Source of the DNA: Candidatus Firestoneibacteriota bacterium
GTDB lineage: Bacteria > Oederibacteriota > D2-FULL-39-29 > CAIOVX01
Assembly: GCA_903861835.1 (NCBI GenBank)
Contig: CAIOVX010000027.1
Location: 2,547-66,546, forward strand
DNA: 64,000 nucleotides
Reading direction: 5' to 3'
This document shows positions 9,635-22,894 of this stretch, in pieces. The position numbers and the translations under genes were made by a program. Position 1 is the first letter of the stretch. Each line of letters opens with the position of its first letter. The notes beneath the pieces are model-generated. The model was not told the DNA's origin. It worked only from the letters and a program-made list of their open reading frames with translations, and made no database searches.

Positions 9635-11275
9635 TTAGGCCGTTGTTGCTGACGGCGCTTTGTTCACAAGATACTGCTGGAGAAGCGAAAGCAGGTTCTG
9701 GGTAAACCAGAACAGGACCAGGCCGGACGGCCACCTGAAGTATATTGACATGCCGGTGAACATTATCGGCATCATCCAGAGCATCATTTTTGCCTGCTGG
9801 GGATCTGTGGACGGCGTAAGTTTCTGCTGGACCCACATTGTTGCCCCCATAAGTATCGGAATAATCCAATATTTATCCGGACCGGAAAGGTCCGTAATCC
9901 AGAACATAAAAGGAGAGTCCTTCATCTCTATCGCGTTGCCGAGAATGGCATAAAGCGCGAAGAGCACGGGCAGCTGTATGAGCATCCAGAAACAGCCGGA
10001 GAGAGGATTTATTTTTCTCTCCTTGTAGATTTTCAGCATTTCCGTATTCATCCTCTGCGGATCGCTCTTGTACTGCTCGCGCAAAGCGTTGACATGCGGC
10101 TGCACTTCCTGCAGCTTCTTCATTGATTTGTACGAGTTCTGATTAGGCCACCAAAGTATGCCCTTAATGAGCACTGAGAGTATTATGATCGCGATTCCCC
10201 AGTTACCCACCACCCCGTGCAGGAATTTCAGGGTCTTCAGAAAGATTATGCCGAGCCAGCCGAACATCCCGAAGTCAAGCGCGTCGTGGAGACTGCTGCC
10301 GTAAGTGACCAGGTTCTCGTATATAAGCGGACCGGAGTAGACTTTAAACTTAAAAGTCTTCCCCTCTTCCCCTTTATATTCCGGGAGCAAAAGAGAGACG
10401 ACGGGCATATCTGTCTGGACCTTAAGGCCGGTGCTGTCCGGTATCTCTGCCCTCACTTTCTTAATTGTTCCCCTATAGCCTTCTGTTTCAGGAACCACGC
10501 AAAGTGTAGCAAAATACTTGTCTTTTACGCCTGCCCACGAAAGCGTGGTTATCTCTTTTGCGAGAGAAGCCTCTTCATCATACTTGCCGGGCTTACTTTT
10601 TTCTGTCTTGCCGTTTACTCTGGAAATATTTAACGGCGGAATTTTTGTGGAAGGATCGTGACACCCTATGCCCGCTGCGGCCATTATTTTAACATCATTG
10701 AGCGCGCCCTTTGTTTTGGTCTTTAAACTAACCTCGCAGTCAAGATTGAAGCCTTTTTTCTGCAGGGAAAAAACCTTAACGGCTTCATTGCCCGCCTCAT
10801 CCCTCCCCAAAAATCTCAGAGAAGAATTCTGCTTCTCGACGGCGTAAATAATGGAGTCGGTGAAATTAGCCTTTCCGGAGGTGAGCGTGAAATTGTTTCC
10901 TTCCGCATACTCCTTCCAGACCAGCTCGGCCAGGTTTCCGCCGAGAGAATAATTTTTAATCTTCCAGCTCTTAAGGGAAGCTCCCTTGGTGTCAAAGACT
11001 GCGAGCACATCGTCATTCTCCAGCGTTACCTCTTTTCCCGAAAGCGCTTGCGGAGTTGAGGCTTTCTTGGCCGCCGCAGGAGCGGCAACTGCTGCCGCTG
11101 CCGTTTCAGTTTTTGCCGCTTCCTTCGCCGCCGGCTGCTCGGGCGCTTTGGGCTGCATCATCTGGAATACGGAAAAACCGACCAGCACGGTAAACAACAG
11201 CACCATTGCAATCAGGAAATTCTTTTCATTGCCGCCGCCTGACGCGCCGGTTCTCATATTATTATTGCCGCTCAT
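9635..11275 (-). CDS. yidC: Membrane protein insertase YidC (long form with periplasmic domain)
   Basis: [44 protein letters not shown]. Confidence 0.96.
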   Translation of the reverse strand: MSGNNNMRTGASGGGNEKNFLIAMVLLFTVLVGFSVFQMMQPKAPEQPAAKEAAKTETAAAAVAAPAAAKKASTPQALSGKEVTLENDDVLAVFDTKGASLKSWKIKNYSLGGNLAELVWKEYAEGNNFTLTSGKANFTDSIIYAVEKQNSSLRFLGRDEAGNEAVKVFSLQKKGFNLDCEVSLKTKTKGALNDVKIMAAAGIGCHDPSTKIPPLNISRVNGKTEKSKPGKYDEEASLAKEITTLSWAGVKDKYFATLCVVPETEGYRGTIKKVRAEIPDSTGLKVQTDMPVVSLLLPEYKGEEGKTFKFKVYSGPLIYENLVTYGSSLHDALDFGMFGWLGIIFLKTLKFLHGVVGNWGIAIIILSVLIKGILWWPNQNSYKSMKKLQEVQPHVNALREQYKSDPQRMNTEMLKIYKERKINPLSGCFWMLIQLPVLFALYAILGNAIEMKDSPFMFWITDLSGPDKYWIIPILMGATMWVQQKLTPSTDPQQAKMMLWMMPIMFTGMSIYFRWPSGLVLFWFTQNLLSLLQQYLVNKAPSATTA

Positions 11276-11498
11276 TTTTTTTCTCCTTCGTTGGGACGGG
11301 ATCGTACCCGCCCGGGTGGAACGGATGACATTTTAAAAGCCGCAGAAGAGCGAACCAGCTTCCTTTGAGACTGCCGTGGACTGTAATCGCTTCCGCCGCA
11401 TACTCCGAACAGGTTGGACTAAACCTGCAGGCCGGCGGAAGCAGAGGGGAAATATATTTTTTATAGGATTTTAATAAAAAGACCAAGGGGCTCTTCAT
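11262..11498 (-). CDS. yidD: Membrane protein insertion efficiency factor
   Basis: [18 protein letters not shown]...[13 protein letters not shown]. Confidence 0.95.
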   Translation of the reverse strand: MKSPLVFLLKSYKKYISPLLPPACRFSPTCSEYAAEAITVHGSLKGSWFALLRLLKCHPFHPGGYDPVPTKEKKNERQ

Positions 11499-11815
11499 AA
11501 GAGGCCGGCTAACCTTAGCGCCTTCTCCACCGTTTCTTTCAGCCCTGCAAAATCCGACTCTCCGGAATCCGGAGGAGCCGAGACGACCAGGCGAAGTCCC
11601 TGCCCGGCCGTCTTGAACACCGGAACTATAATGCTGCGAAGCCTTCTCTTTATTTTATTTCTTACACAGGGCGCGGTTTTTTTCCTGACCGCCACTCCCA
11701 GCTTAAACGAGCCTCCGTTATCCCTGGTATACATAAGCGTTATCCTGCCGCAACTTGCCCTTTTGCCTTTCTCAAAAACTTCGCTAAACTCTTCCCTGCT
11801 TAGGGAATAATACAT
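11495..11815 (-). CDS. rnpA: Ribonuclease P protein component
   Basis: LGVAVRKK...[10 protein letters not shown] (RNR-like motif); canonical position. Confidence 0.88.
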   Translation of the reverse strand: MYYSLSREEFSEVFEKGKRASCGRITLMYTRDNGGSFKLGVAVRKKTAPCVRNKIKRRLRSIIVPVFKTAGQGLRLVVSAPPDSGESDFAGLKETVEKALRLAGLL

Positions 11816-11937
11816 TTCCTTCCCTTGCTCCTTCTGCTGTTAATAACGCGCTTCCCGCCCGGGGATCTCATTCTCTTTAAAAACCCGTGCGTCCTGTTTC
11901 TTTTTCTGTTGTGCGGTTGAAAAGTTCTTTTTACCAT
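11800..11937 (-). CDS. rpmH: 50S ribosomal protein L34 (45 aa, absent from the ORF track)
   Basis: Manual translation [45 protein letters not shown]; GGAGG RBS. Confidence 0.96.
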   Translation of the reverse strand: MVKRTFQPHNRKRNRTHGFLKRMRSPGGKRVINSRRSKGRKCIIP

Positions 11938-12167
11938 TGTTCCTCCCGTTAACTTTTAAGCAGGGTCATTATAATACATATCTATTTCAAAAAAAACAAA
12001 TATATTTCTTGACTTGCTTTCAAATATTGAATATATATGATTGCGCCCGAAAAAATGGCAGAATGTTTTTCGAATGTCACGGGAGAGGGCGGCCGTAAAT
12101 CATAAAGTTCTAACAACCAGCGAAAGCTGGTTTTTGTGTTTTTAGGGATAAAACGACCACAACAGGT

Positions 12168-12308
12168 TGTGGATAACTTTATCCCAGCATACCATAGATT
12201 TGATACTGTTGATAACTCTGTTTAGCATTGTATTTAAAAGCATTATAATGAATTAGCAACTGTGGATAACCCTGTGGATAAATATTTCAACGGAGCCAAT
12301 GTGGATAG
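12168..12308. promoter_or_regulatory. DnaA boxes upstream of dnaA (autoregulation / left part of oriC)
   Basis: TGTGGATAA at 12168, 12261, 12273; TGTTGATAA 12207; TGTGGATAG 12300. Confidence 0.85.
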
Positions 12309-13644
12309 TGTTGCAATATGGAACGATACATTAAATCTTATCAAAGAACGTGTGAATCAGCACAGTTATGAAAGGTGGATAATGCCTATTAAGGCCATTT
12401 CCATGGATAATGATGTCCTTTCCATAGAGGTCCCTAATAATTTCACAAAAGAGTGGCTTGAGGCAAAACACAAAATTCAGCTGAATGAGGCCTTGAGCGC
12501 GGTGATGAACAAACAATGCTCCGTTAACATTCTTGTCTCGGCCTCCGCGGATATTCCCCTGGTGCAGACCGAACAGTCAATGATTCCTAAACAATCAGAC
12601 CAGTATGACAACAACGTCATAATCGGAAATCCCCTAAACCCGAAATACACTTTTGAAAATTTTATTGTAGGCCACTCAAACAGATACGCGCACGGCGCCT
12701 GTGTGGCAGTCGCGGAAGCCCCGGCAAAAGCCTACAACCCGGTTTTTATTTACGGGGGAGTGGGGCTGGGGAAGACCCACCTGCTACAGGCGATAGGAAA
12801 CCAGATCAGGAACGAGAACCCGACCTTAAAGATTGCCTACCTGTCTTCCGAACAGTTTCTCAATGAAATGATTAGCGCGCTCACGAGCAGGAACATAACC
12901 GAATTCCGCAACAAATACAGGCACATAGATGTTTTGCTTATCGATGATATTCAATTCCTCGCGGGTAAAGAAGCAATGCAGGAAGAATTTTTTCACACCT
13001 TTAATGTGCTCTATTCGGCCAACCGCCAGATAGTTACCACCGCGGACCGAAAACCCCAGGAACTTAAAATTGAGGACCGTCTGCGCTCACGCTTCGAGAT
13101 GGGACTTATCGCTGACATCGGAACTCCCGATCTTGAAACGCGGGTAGCTATCGTTAAGAACAAAGCGGAGAACGAAAAAATAGCCGTTCCGGATGATGTC
13201 GCAATCTTTATCGCAAACCTGGTGAAGGATGATGTGCGCGCCCTTGAAGGCTGCCTTACAAGAGTAATCGCTTACGCTTCCATAACAAAAGCAAAACTTT
13301 CCATAGAGACCGCGAAAGAATGCCTGAAAGAAAGTTCCATAGGGGAGAGGGAGAAGCGGGTTACCATAGAAGCCATCAAGGAAGCAGTTGTCAAGTTTTA
13401 CAAACTTAAGCCTTCGGACATGATAACTAAAAAACGCACCCAGCCCGTTGCCTTCGCGCGACAGGTTGCAATGTACATCACCAGGGAACTTACGGACATG
13501 AGTCTCCCGGAGATAGGCCAGAATTTCGGAGGCAGGGACCATTCCACGGTAATACACGCCTATGAAACCATCCAGAACAAGAAAGAGACCGACCTTATCT
13601 TCTTTGAAGAATTGTTCAAGATTATAGAAGATCTGAAAGCCTGA
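12301..13644 (+). CDS. dnaA: Chromosomal replication initiator DnaA (start revised to GTG 12301)
   Basis: YGGVGLGKTHL, LLIDDIQF, FGGRDHSTVIH; GGAG at 12292-12295; the track's GTG 12262 lies inside a DnaA box. Confidence 0.98.
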   Translation: MDSVAIWNDTLNLIKERVNQHSYERWIMPIKAISMDNDVLSIEVPNNFTKEWLEAKHKIQLNEALSAVMNKQCSVNILVSASADIPLVQTEQSMIPKQSDQYDNNVIIGNPLNPKYTFENFIVGHSNRYAHGACVAVAEAPAKAYNPVFIYGGVGLGKTHLLQAIGNQIRNENPTLKIAYLSSEQFLNEMISALTSRNITEFRNKYRHIDVLLIDDIQFLAGKEAMQEEFFHTFNVLYSANRQIVTTADRKPQELKIEDRLRSRFEMGLIADIGTPDLETRVAIVKNKAENEKIAVPDDVAIFIANLVKDDVRALEGCLTRVIAYASITKAKLSIETAKECLKESSIGEREKRVTIEAIKEAVVKFYKLKPSDMITKKRTQPVAFARQVAMYITRELTDMSLPEIGQNFGGRDHSTVIHAYETIQNKKETDLIFFEELFKIIEDLKA

Positions 13645-13696
13645 GAGGAATTTTCTTTTTGCGCAAAATTAACGGCAGCCTTTTCACGCGAAAAAG

Positions 13697-13910
13697 TTAT
13701 TATCCACAATCCACATTGTACTTATGCACAGAGGGGAGAGCGGTTTTTATCCACCGCATCAACAATTAACTAACAAAGAGTTCACACTCTTCTCCACAGC
13801 AGTTTCTCTTTGATAGGAACGCAGAAAAGAGTTCTCAACCGTATCAACAGCTATAATACTGATAATAATAATTTGTATTGATATATAGAAAATTAATGAT
13901 ATATAATTCA
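13697..13910. other. Probable oriC: DnaA boxes, DnaA-trio-like tract and AT-rich unwinding region
   Basis: TTATCCACA 13700, TTATGCACA 13722, TTATCCACC 13747, TTCTCCACA 13790; ATA ATA CTG ATA ATA ATA ATT at 13853-13873; gene orientation flips around dnaA. Confidence 0.8.
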
Positions 13911-14027
13911 TCTGAGTAAGTTAATAACCTGCTCAGGCCAAAAGCCCGGGCATTTTGTTTCAAATAGAGTAAAAACTGTTACTGTCGTATTCATACGGCA
14001 TAAAGAAAAACCCTGGAGGCACTACCG

Positions 14028-15131
14028 ATGAAGTTAACTTGCAAAAAAGAAGATTTGCAGGAAAATATAATTAAAGTAGAAGGCGCTGTAAGCGTAAAAA
14101 CAACCCTTCCGGTATTAAATAACATATTAATGGAAGCCTCGGGAAACGAACTTCAACTCACCTCAACCGATCTTGAACTTGTAATTAAATGTAAAATGAA
14201 GGAAGTTAACATAAGCGAGGAAGGCTCTATTACCATTCCGGCAAGGAAATTCATAGATATAGTAAAGGAATTGCCCTCTGAAAAAGACATTATTATTAAT
14301 GTAGACGAAAAGAACCAGATAACCATAAAGTGCAACAAAATTAATTTCAGGATTATGGGTCTTGGAAAGTCGGAATTCCCGCCCGTGCTTGAACCCAAGA
14401 AAGATTCCATCAATTTCAAAATAAAACAGTCGGTGCTCCGCAATATGATAAAGAAGGTTATTTTCTCGGTCTCAGCGGACGAAACAAGGAAGATACTGAC
14501 CGGCGTCTATATGATAATAGAAGAAAGCGAGTTGAAGATGGTCGCAACCGACGGGCACAGACTTGCTTTTATTAAAGGGGCAATCAGCAAAGTAGAAAAA
14601 CCCGCCAAAATAATTGTGCCGACCAAGGTTTTAAACGAGATCTCCAAGTCCTTAAACGATACGGATGAGATAGACGTGTCCGTGCTGGAAAATCAGATAA
14701 TCTTCAAGCGCAATGATCTGGTCGTCACCTCCAGGCTGATAGACGGACAGTATCCGAGTTATGAGCAGATCATCAACAAAATATTTGACAAGAAGGTGAG
14801 GGTGAAGACGGAAGAGATGTACCGGGCGGTGAAAAGGGTCTCGCTTGTCGCGATTGACAAGACGAGCGCGGTAAAACTTAAGGCATCGGACGCCAAGCTG
14901 GTGGTTTCCGCGCAGACCGTTGACGTCGGAGACGCCGAAGAAGAAATACAGGCCGATTACAAGGGCGAGGAAACTTCCATAGCCTTCAATTCGAGATACG
15001 TGCTGGATGTTCTTAAGGTTCTTGAGGAAGAAGAGACCGATATACAGCTTCGGGACTCCGCTTCCGCGGGACTCATCAAACCAGTAAAGGATGACAGCTA
15101 CATCTACATCATCATGCCGGTAAGGATATAG
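14028..15131 (+). CDS. dnaN: DNA polymerase III beta clamp
   Basis: STDLE, VATDGHRLA, SRLIDGQYP, IIMPVRI. Confidence 0.97.
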   Translation: MKLTCKKEDLQENIIKVEGAVSVKTTLPVLNNILMEASGNELQLTSTDLELVIKCKMKEVNISEEGSITIPARKFIDIVKELPSEKDIIINVDEKNQITIKCNKINFRIMGLGKSEFPPVLEPKKDSINFKIKQSVLRNMIKKVIFSVSADETRKILTGVYMIIEESELKMVATDGHRLAFIKGAISKVEKPAKIIVPTKVLNEISKSLNDTDEIDVSVLENQIIFKRNDLVVTSRLIDGQYPSYEQIINKIFDKKVRVKTEEMYRAVKRVSLVAIDKTSAVKLKASDAKLVVSAQTVDVGDAEEEIQADYKGEETSIAFNSRYVLDVLKVLEEEETDIQLRDSASAGLIKPVKDDSYIYIIMPVRI

Positions 15132-16237
15132 TGAGATTAAGCTCGCTATTTGTCCACAACTTCAAAAATATCGGCGAGCTTGACCTACCGCAACTTTCAG
15201 GAGTTAACATCATTACCGGAAGGAACGCCTCCGGCAAAACAAATACGCTGCAGAGCATCTATTTTCTCTCCACGCTTTCCACCCAGTTTAAGACTTATCA
15301 GCAGGCAGTGCGTTTCGGGGCTGATTTCTTTTCCGTAAAGGGCGGGCTTGAAAGTTCCGGCGCGCAAAAATCCCTGGAGGTCAGATACGGCCCGGGGCGG
15401 GATGTTAAGCTCAAGCTGAACGGGAATACGGTCGCGAAAAAAAGCGATTACATCGGGGAATGCCGTGTGGTGAATTTCGCTTTTGAAGATATTGATCTGG
15501 TCCGCGGGACTCCGGGGGAAAGAAGGCGGGCCTTAAACATTCTCATCTCGCAGGTGAACCGCGGCTACCTGAAGTCGCTGCAAAAATACACCGCGGTACT
15601 TGCCCACAAAAATAAACTGCTCTCGGAAGCTTTCAAGAAAAGGCCTGACGCGGCAGTGCTCGAGGCTTTTAACGAACAGCTCTGCGAGTCCGGCGCGGAA
15701 GTCATAAAGATAAGAAAGGAAGCCGCGGTGTTTTTAAGCCAGGCTTTCGACCTGGCCCACAAGAGAATCTCGCTCGGGCTGGAAAGCGCCTCGCTGGAAT
15801 ACAAATGTTCCTTTGAGTGCGTCGGGGACCTGAAGGCCGCCTTCGCGGCGAAACTGAAAGAGCTTCTGCCGGCAGAAATTGCGCGCGGGACAACACTTAT
15901 CGGGCCGCATAAAGATGACATGTTGTTTAAGATAAACGGCAGGGAGGCGAAATACTATGCTTCCGACGGGCAGCAAAGGACGCTGGTCTTTTCTTTCAAG
16001 CTTGCCGAGTACAGGTATATGCAGGACGCGGTAAAGGACGATCCGGTAATACTTCTTGACGATGTTTTTTACGAGCTGGACGCCGACAGAAAAGCGGCCG
16101 TGCTCGAATTTTTCCGGCCCATGCCCCAGCTATTTATAGTATCATTGGAAGCGGACTGGGTTAAGAAGGTTTTTCCGGACGCGGCAAGCTTTCGCATAAG
16201 CGGGGGAGCGCTTCAAGATGCCTTACAGAAAGAATAA
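15131..16237 (+). CDS. recF: DNA repair protein RecF
   Basis: GRNASGKT Walker A, GPHKDD, ASDGQQRT, LLDDVFYELD. Confidence 0.95.
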   Translation: MRLSSLFVHNFKNIGELDLPQLSGVNIITGRNASGKTNTLQSIYFLSTLSTQFKTYQQAVRFGADFFSVKGGLESSGAQKSLEVRYGPGRDVKLKLNGNTVAKKSDYIGECRVVNFAFEDIDLVRGTPGERRRALNILISQVNRGYLKSLQKYTAVLAHKNKLLSEAFKKRPDAAVLEAFNEQLCESGAEVIKIRKEAAVFLSQAFDLAHKRISLGLESASLEYKCSFECVGDLKAAFAAKLKELLPAEIARGTTLIGPHKDDMLFKINGREAKYYASDGQQRTLVFSFKLAEYRYMQDAVKDDPVILLDDVFYELDADRKAAVLEFFRPMPQLFIVSLEADWVKKVFPDAASFRISGGALQDALQKE

Positions 16238-16523
16238 AAAACTTGATCCCGTGGGCAGCGTTCTGCTCAAAACATTGCAAAAATACGGGCTATTTGATAA
16301 AATCAAAGAGCAGGAACTTTTTTCAGGCTGGGAAGGCGTTGTGGGCGAGAGGGTGGCGGCGCACGCGAAACCGACCTTCTTTAAGTTCGGCAGGCTCTTT
16401 GTTTCCGTGGACAATCCCACCTGGCTCTCGGAGCTGCGGTTCCTAAAAGATAAAATGAAAAAGCAGATCAATGAGAAGCTGGGCGGGGAAAGGGTTAAGG
16501 ATATAGTTTTCAAAGTGAAATAA
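16218..16523 (+). CDS. DUF721 / DciA family helicase-loading accessory protein
   Basis: WEGVVG...AAHAKP...LFVSVDNPTWLSEL pattern; position between recF and gyrB. Confidence 0.8.
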   Translation: MPYRKNKKLDPVGSVLLKTLQKYGLFDKIKEQELFSGWEGVVGERVAAHAKPTFFKFGRLFVSVDNPTWLSELRFLKDKMKKQINEKLGGERVKDIVFKVK

Positions 16524-16530
16524 AAATAAT

Positions 16531-16597
16531 GATTGCGCAGATTAGAAAGTCAGCTTACACGGATTAAAGCAGCGGTTTATCGGAAGCAGAGCGTAAT
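16531..16597. repeat. Repeat family B, mostly left arm
   Basis: GATTGCGCAGATT...TTACACGGATT. Confidence 0.65.
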
Positions 16598-16630
16598 AAT
16601 ATTTCATAAGAAGTAAAGGGGTCAGTTTAA

Positions 16631-19800
<3,170 letters not shown>

Positions 19801-19809
19801 AAATCAAGA

Positions 19810-19894
19810 GTTCTTAACGTTCTTAACGTTTGTAACGTAAACCGCCGTGGACTCTTTTAGCTTTACGTTATGAACCTTATAAACGTTATAAACG
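19810..19894. repeat. Repeat family C palindromic element (9-mer TAACGTTYR units)
   Basis: (AACGTTCTT)n AACGTAAA ... TTTACGTT (ATAAACGTT)n. Confidence 0.85.
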
Positions 19895-19938
19895 ATATTA
19901 TAGTTTATGTTTTTATAGTTGTGTTTTAGGAGGCCCTT

Positions 19939-20916
19939 ATGGTCATCTTACTTAGAATCCTGTTTATTGTGGCAAGCGCGGCGCTCGGCTCTTTCTTCGC
20001 GCAGAATTTTTCACAGACGGTGTTTACCGGGCTACTCTTCGGACTCGCGGGGAGTCTGGCCGTAATACTGGTAGAATTTCTTTTGAAGAGAGTTTCCGTG
20101 AAAGACCTCGTCGCTTTTCTCGCGGGGTTAATCCCCGGGCTTATTATGGCAGTTCTTCTTTCGAGGGGACTGTCCTATTTTGCGTTTTTCAAGGACGAAA
20201 GGTTTGCTTTTCTGCCTATCGCGATCAACATGCTTTGCCTCTATTTCGGCATAGCTCTGGCTCTTAATAAAAAAGAAGAGATACTCGGCTTTAAGCTGCC
20301 GCTCGGTCTCGGGAAAAGCGGCTTTGCGCCTAAAGTGCTGGATACCAGCGTAATCATAGACGGGCGGGTGGCAGAAGTGCTGGCTATCGGCTTTCTTGAC
20401 GGCGAGATCATTGTTCCCCGCTTCGTTCTGCACGAGCTTCAGCTAATCGCGGATTCTCCGGACGCCACAAAGAGGAACCGCGGCAGAAGAGGGCTGGACA
20501 TCTTGAACCAGATGCAGAAAGTTTCGCCCAATGTGAAAGTTTATGACGATGATTTTCCGGATGTAAACGGGGTTGACCAGAAGCTTATCAAGATGGGAAA
20601 AAAATACAACGCGAAAGTGGTGACGAACGATTTCAATCTCAACAAAGTCGCGGAGGTGGAAAAGGTAAAGGTCTTGAATCTCAACGACCTTTCCAACGCG
20701 GTAAAGCCGATAGTTCTTCCCGGCGAAATGATGAAAGTGAAAATACTCAAAGAAGGCAAGGAAGCCCAGCAGGGCGTCGCGTATCTGGATGACGGCACTA
20801 TGATTGTTGTCGATGGCGCGAAGAATCACATTAACCAAACGCTGGACATTGTTATCACCTCGGTGATACAAACCTCGGCGGGCAGGATGATTTTCTCAAA
20901 GAAAAAGGAGGACTAA
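19939..20916 (+). CDS. PIN/TRAM domain membrane protein (YacL-like)
   Basis: N-terminal TM helices; LDTSVIIDGR, TNDFNLNKVA, GVAYLDDGTMIVV, QTSAGRMIF; directly upstream of ispD. Confidence 0.92.
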   Translation: MVILLRILFIVASAALGSFFAQNFSQTVFTGLLFGLAGSLAVILVEFLLKRVSVKDLVAFLAGLIPGLIMAVLLSRGLSYFAFFKDERFAFLPIAINMLCLYFGIALALNKKEEILGFKLPLGLGKSGFAPKVLDTSVIIDGRVAEVLAIGFLDGEIIVPRFVLHELQLIADSPDATKRNRGRRGLDILNQMQKVSPNVKVYDDDFPDVNGVDQKLIKMGKKYNAKVVTNDFNLNKVAEVEKVKVLNLNDLSNAVKPIVLPGEMMKVKILKEGKEAQQGVAYLDDGTMIVVDGAKNHINQTLDIVITSVIQTSAGRMIFSKKKED

Positions 20917-21575
20917 TGATAATTGCCTCCGCCATAATCGTCGCGGCCGGCTCCTCAAAGAGGATGGGCGGCAAGACGAACAAACCATATATAGAAATAA
21001 ACGGCAAGCCGATGCTGGCCTACTCGCTGGAAGTTTTTGCGCAGGTGCCGGATATAAAGGAAGTGCTGGTGGCGGTGCGCGCAGATGATGAAGCCGCGTG
21101 CAAGGCGCTAATCCGCAAGGGAAAGTTCGGGAATGTACGGCTGGTGATAGGCGGAAAAGAGCGGCAGGATTCCGTCGCCAACGCCCTTAAAAAAGTAAGA
21201 AAAGACTGCAGGGCCGTGCTTATCCACGACGCCGCAAGGCCCTACATAACGCCGGATCTTGTAAGCAGGCTGTTGCTCTCGGCAGAAAAACACAGGGCCG
21301 TGCTCCCCGTCATCCCCATTAAAGACACCGTAAAGCGCTCGATGAACGGCAAGTATGTGGATGAAACTTTAGACAGGAAGCAATTGTTCCTTGCCCAGAC
21401 CCCGCAGGTTTTTGATTACCGCCTGCTTATCCGCGCCTACGAGCGCGCTCACGATGAAGGTTACTACGGAACTGATGATGCGAGCCTGGTGGAGCGCCTC
21501 GGAATCCCGGTGATGATATTTCCCGGAGAAGAGGGGAATATGAAGATTACGGTGAAAGAAGATATTGTAAAGTGA
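20916..21575 (+). CDS. ispD: 2-C-methyl-D-erythritol 4-phosphate cytidylyltransferase
   Basis: AAGSSKRMG, GGKERQDSV, IHDAARP, QTPQVF, TDDASLVE. Confidence 0.95.
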   Translation: MIIASAIIVAAGSSKRMGGKTNKPYIEINGKPMLAYSLEVFAQVPDIKEVLVAVRADDEAACKALIRKGKFGNVRLVIGGKERQDSVANALKKVRKDCRAVLIHDAARPYITPDLVSRLLLSAEKHRAVLPVIPIKDTVKRSMNGKYVDETLDRKQLFLAQTPQVFDYRLLIRAYERAHDEGYYGTDDASLVERLGIPVMIFPGEEGNMKITVKEDIVK

Positions 21576-21617
21576 TCAGAAGGATTTCCAAGAGAGATTA
21601 CGCAGATTAAAGCAATC
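21574..21617. repeat. Repeat family B, left arm overlapping the ispD TGA
   Basis: TGATCAGAAGGATTTCCAAGAGAGATTACGCAGATT. Confidence 0.7.
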
Positions 21618-21675
21618 ATGCGGCGTAGAGAGATTGCAATCCAAGGTTTCGCATCAGGGTCGCCGGGGGGTTGTT

Positions 21676-22197
21676 GTGGCAAAGAATGATCGGCCGGATA
21701 TAAAGATACCCTATTCCGGAAAACACCTTTACACGGACATCGCGATCCTCGCCATTGTGCTGTTTATGGCCGGCGCGGCTCTTGTTGCCGCGGGGGCGGT
21801 TCAACCGTCGGAGCAACTTCCTTCGCATTTTGACCTGTTCGGAAACCCGGACGGGTATATTTCCGGCCGCCAGCTCCTGCGCGTCCTGCTTGTTCCGGTA
21901 TTTATGGCGCTGCTCTTTCCCGCGCTATTTTCCGTGCTGAGGCTCTTCCCGCGCCGCTTCAACTATCCGGTAACCATAACCCCTCTAAACGCCGCGAAAC
22001 AATATCAAATATCCGTGGACAGGCTTTATGAAATAAAACTCGCCATGAGCGTTCTTTTCGCCTGCATGGAAGGGGCAATGATCTATTCTATTTTCACAAA
22101 ACACGGTTATTATATCTTTGCTTGCCTTTTTCCCGCGCTCTTTTGGGTGTTTTGGATAATCGCAAAGGGTTTCAGGGAATCGGTAAAATACAGGTAG
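21676..22197 (+). CDS. DUF1648 / SdpI-like membrane protein
   Basis: LPSHFDLFGNPDGY motif, FNYPVTIT, about four TM segments; start uncertain (GTG 21676 or TTG 21634). Confidence 0.7.
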   Translation: MAKNDRPDIKIPYSGKHLYTDIAILAIVLFMAGAALVAAGAVQPSEQLPSHFDLFGNPDGYISGRQLLRVLLVPVFMALLFPALFSVLRLFPRRFNYPVTITPLNAAKQYQISVDRLYEIKLAMSVLFACMEGAMIYSIFTKHGYYIFACLFPALFWVFWIIAKGFRESVKYR

Positions 22198-22213
22198 CCT
22201 GAGGGCTCAGAGA

Positions 22214-22894
22214 GTGAAGATGGAAAACAAATCCGTTTACTATTCCGTCATATTTGCTGTTTGCGCCGTTCTGGCGGGTTCGGCTTACAACGGATTTTTT
22301 CTTCTTTTAACCCGTGATTTTCATCCGTGGCTCTTTCTCCTGCATGCGGTTCTTGTGTCGTCGTCCGGCGCCGCGCTTTATTTTATCGCGAGGCATCCTA
22401 TTATCAAGATCTTTTTAAGTCTCTTGCTTTCGGCTTTTCTGGTTTTTGCAAACGTGAATATTATGCAGGTACCCGTTGAGCAGTATGAGAAGCAGAGCGC
22501 GGACCTTAAAGGCGCTTTCGCGCAGTGCGCGTGGTCTATTGACTTTTTTTTCAGGGAGAAAGGGGCGCTGCCTTCGGGGATGAGCGAGCTCGCCGAATTT
22601 GACAAGAAAGTCCAGAATTATCCAGATCCTTTTTCAGACGGCAAGGCCTTGCTCGGGTTTGTCAGGCTGGGAGAAAAGAAGTACCTGCTCTACAGCATCG
22701 GTCCGGACGGCATAGACGATAAAGGTGAATTAAGGACGGCGCCGGATTTTAATTTTAACGCTTACAGGTTTCCCTGGCTGGTGATGTTTCTTGGAGAGAG
22801 CCTGAGGAGCGCGGCAATCCCGAAAGACAGTGCTCGCGGGGATGTTGTCGAGGAGCGAGAAGTTACGCCGCTTCCGCCTAAAGCCCGCAAATGA
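22214..22894 (+). CDS. Membrane protein with a pseudopilin/GspG-like C-terminal motif
   Basis: Three N-terminal TM segments; YPDPF...LLYSIGPDGIDD motif. Confidence 0.55.
   Translation: MKMENKSVYYSVIFAVCAVLAGSAYNGFFLLLTRDFHPWLFLLHAVLVSSSGAALYFIARHPIIKIFLSLLLSAFLVFANVNIMQVPVEQYEKQSADLKGAFAQCAWSIDFFFREKGALPSGMSELAEFDKKVQNYPDPFSDGKALLGFVRLGEKKYLLYSIGPDGIDDKGELRTAPDFNFNAYRFPWLVMFLGESLRSAAIPKDSARGDVVEEREVTPLPPKARK

Noticed and set aside
9630-9869. N-terminal extensions in the ORF track (HEAT-like protein, rsmG, dnaA, aminotransferase, ispF, DksA, coaE, HAD, GH94)
   Set aside because: They overlap neighbouring genes, repeats or DnaA boxes; downstream starts fit an RBS, a signal peptide or the family-typical N-terminus better.
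19801-19938. ANTAR dual-hairpin target next to the ANTAR gene
   Set aside because: No pair of hexaloop hairpins with the conserved A1/G4 loop bases could be identified by eye; the region is explained by family C.
19939-20916. PIN domain as a VapC toxin
   Set aside because: It has the membrane-anchored PIN/TRAM architecture in its usual position before ispD, with no antitoxin gene.
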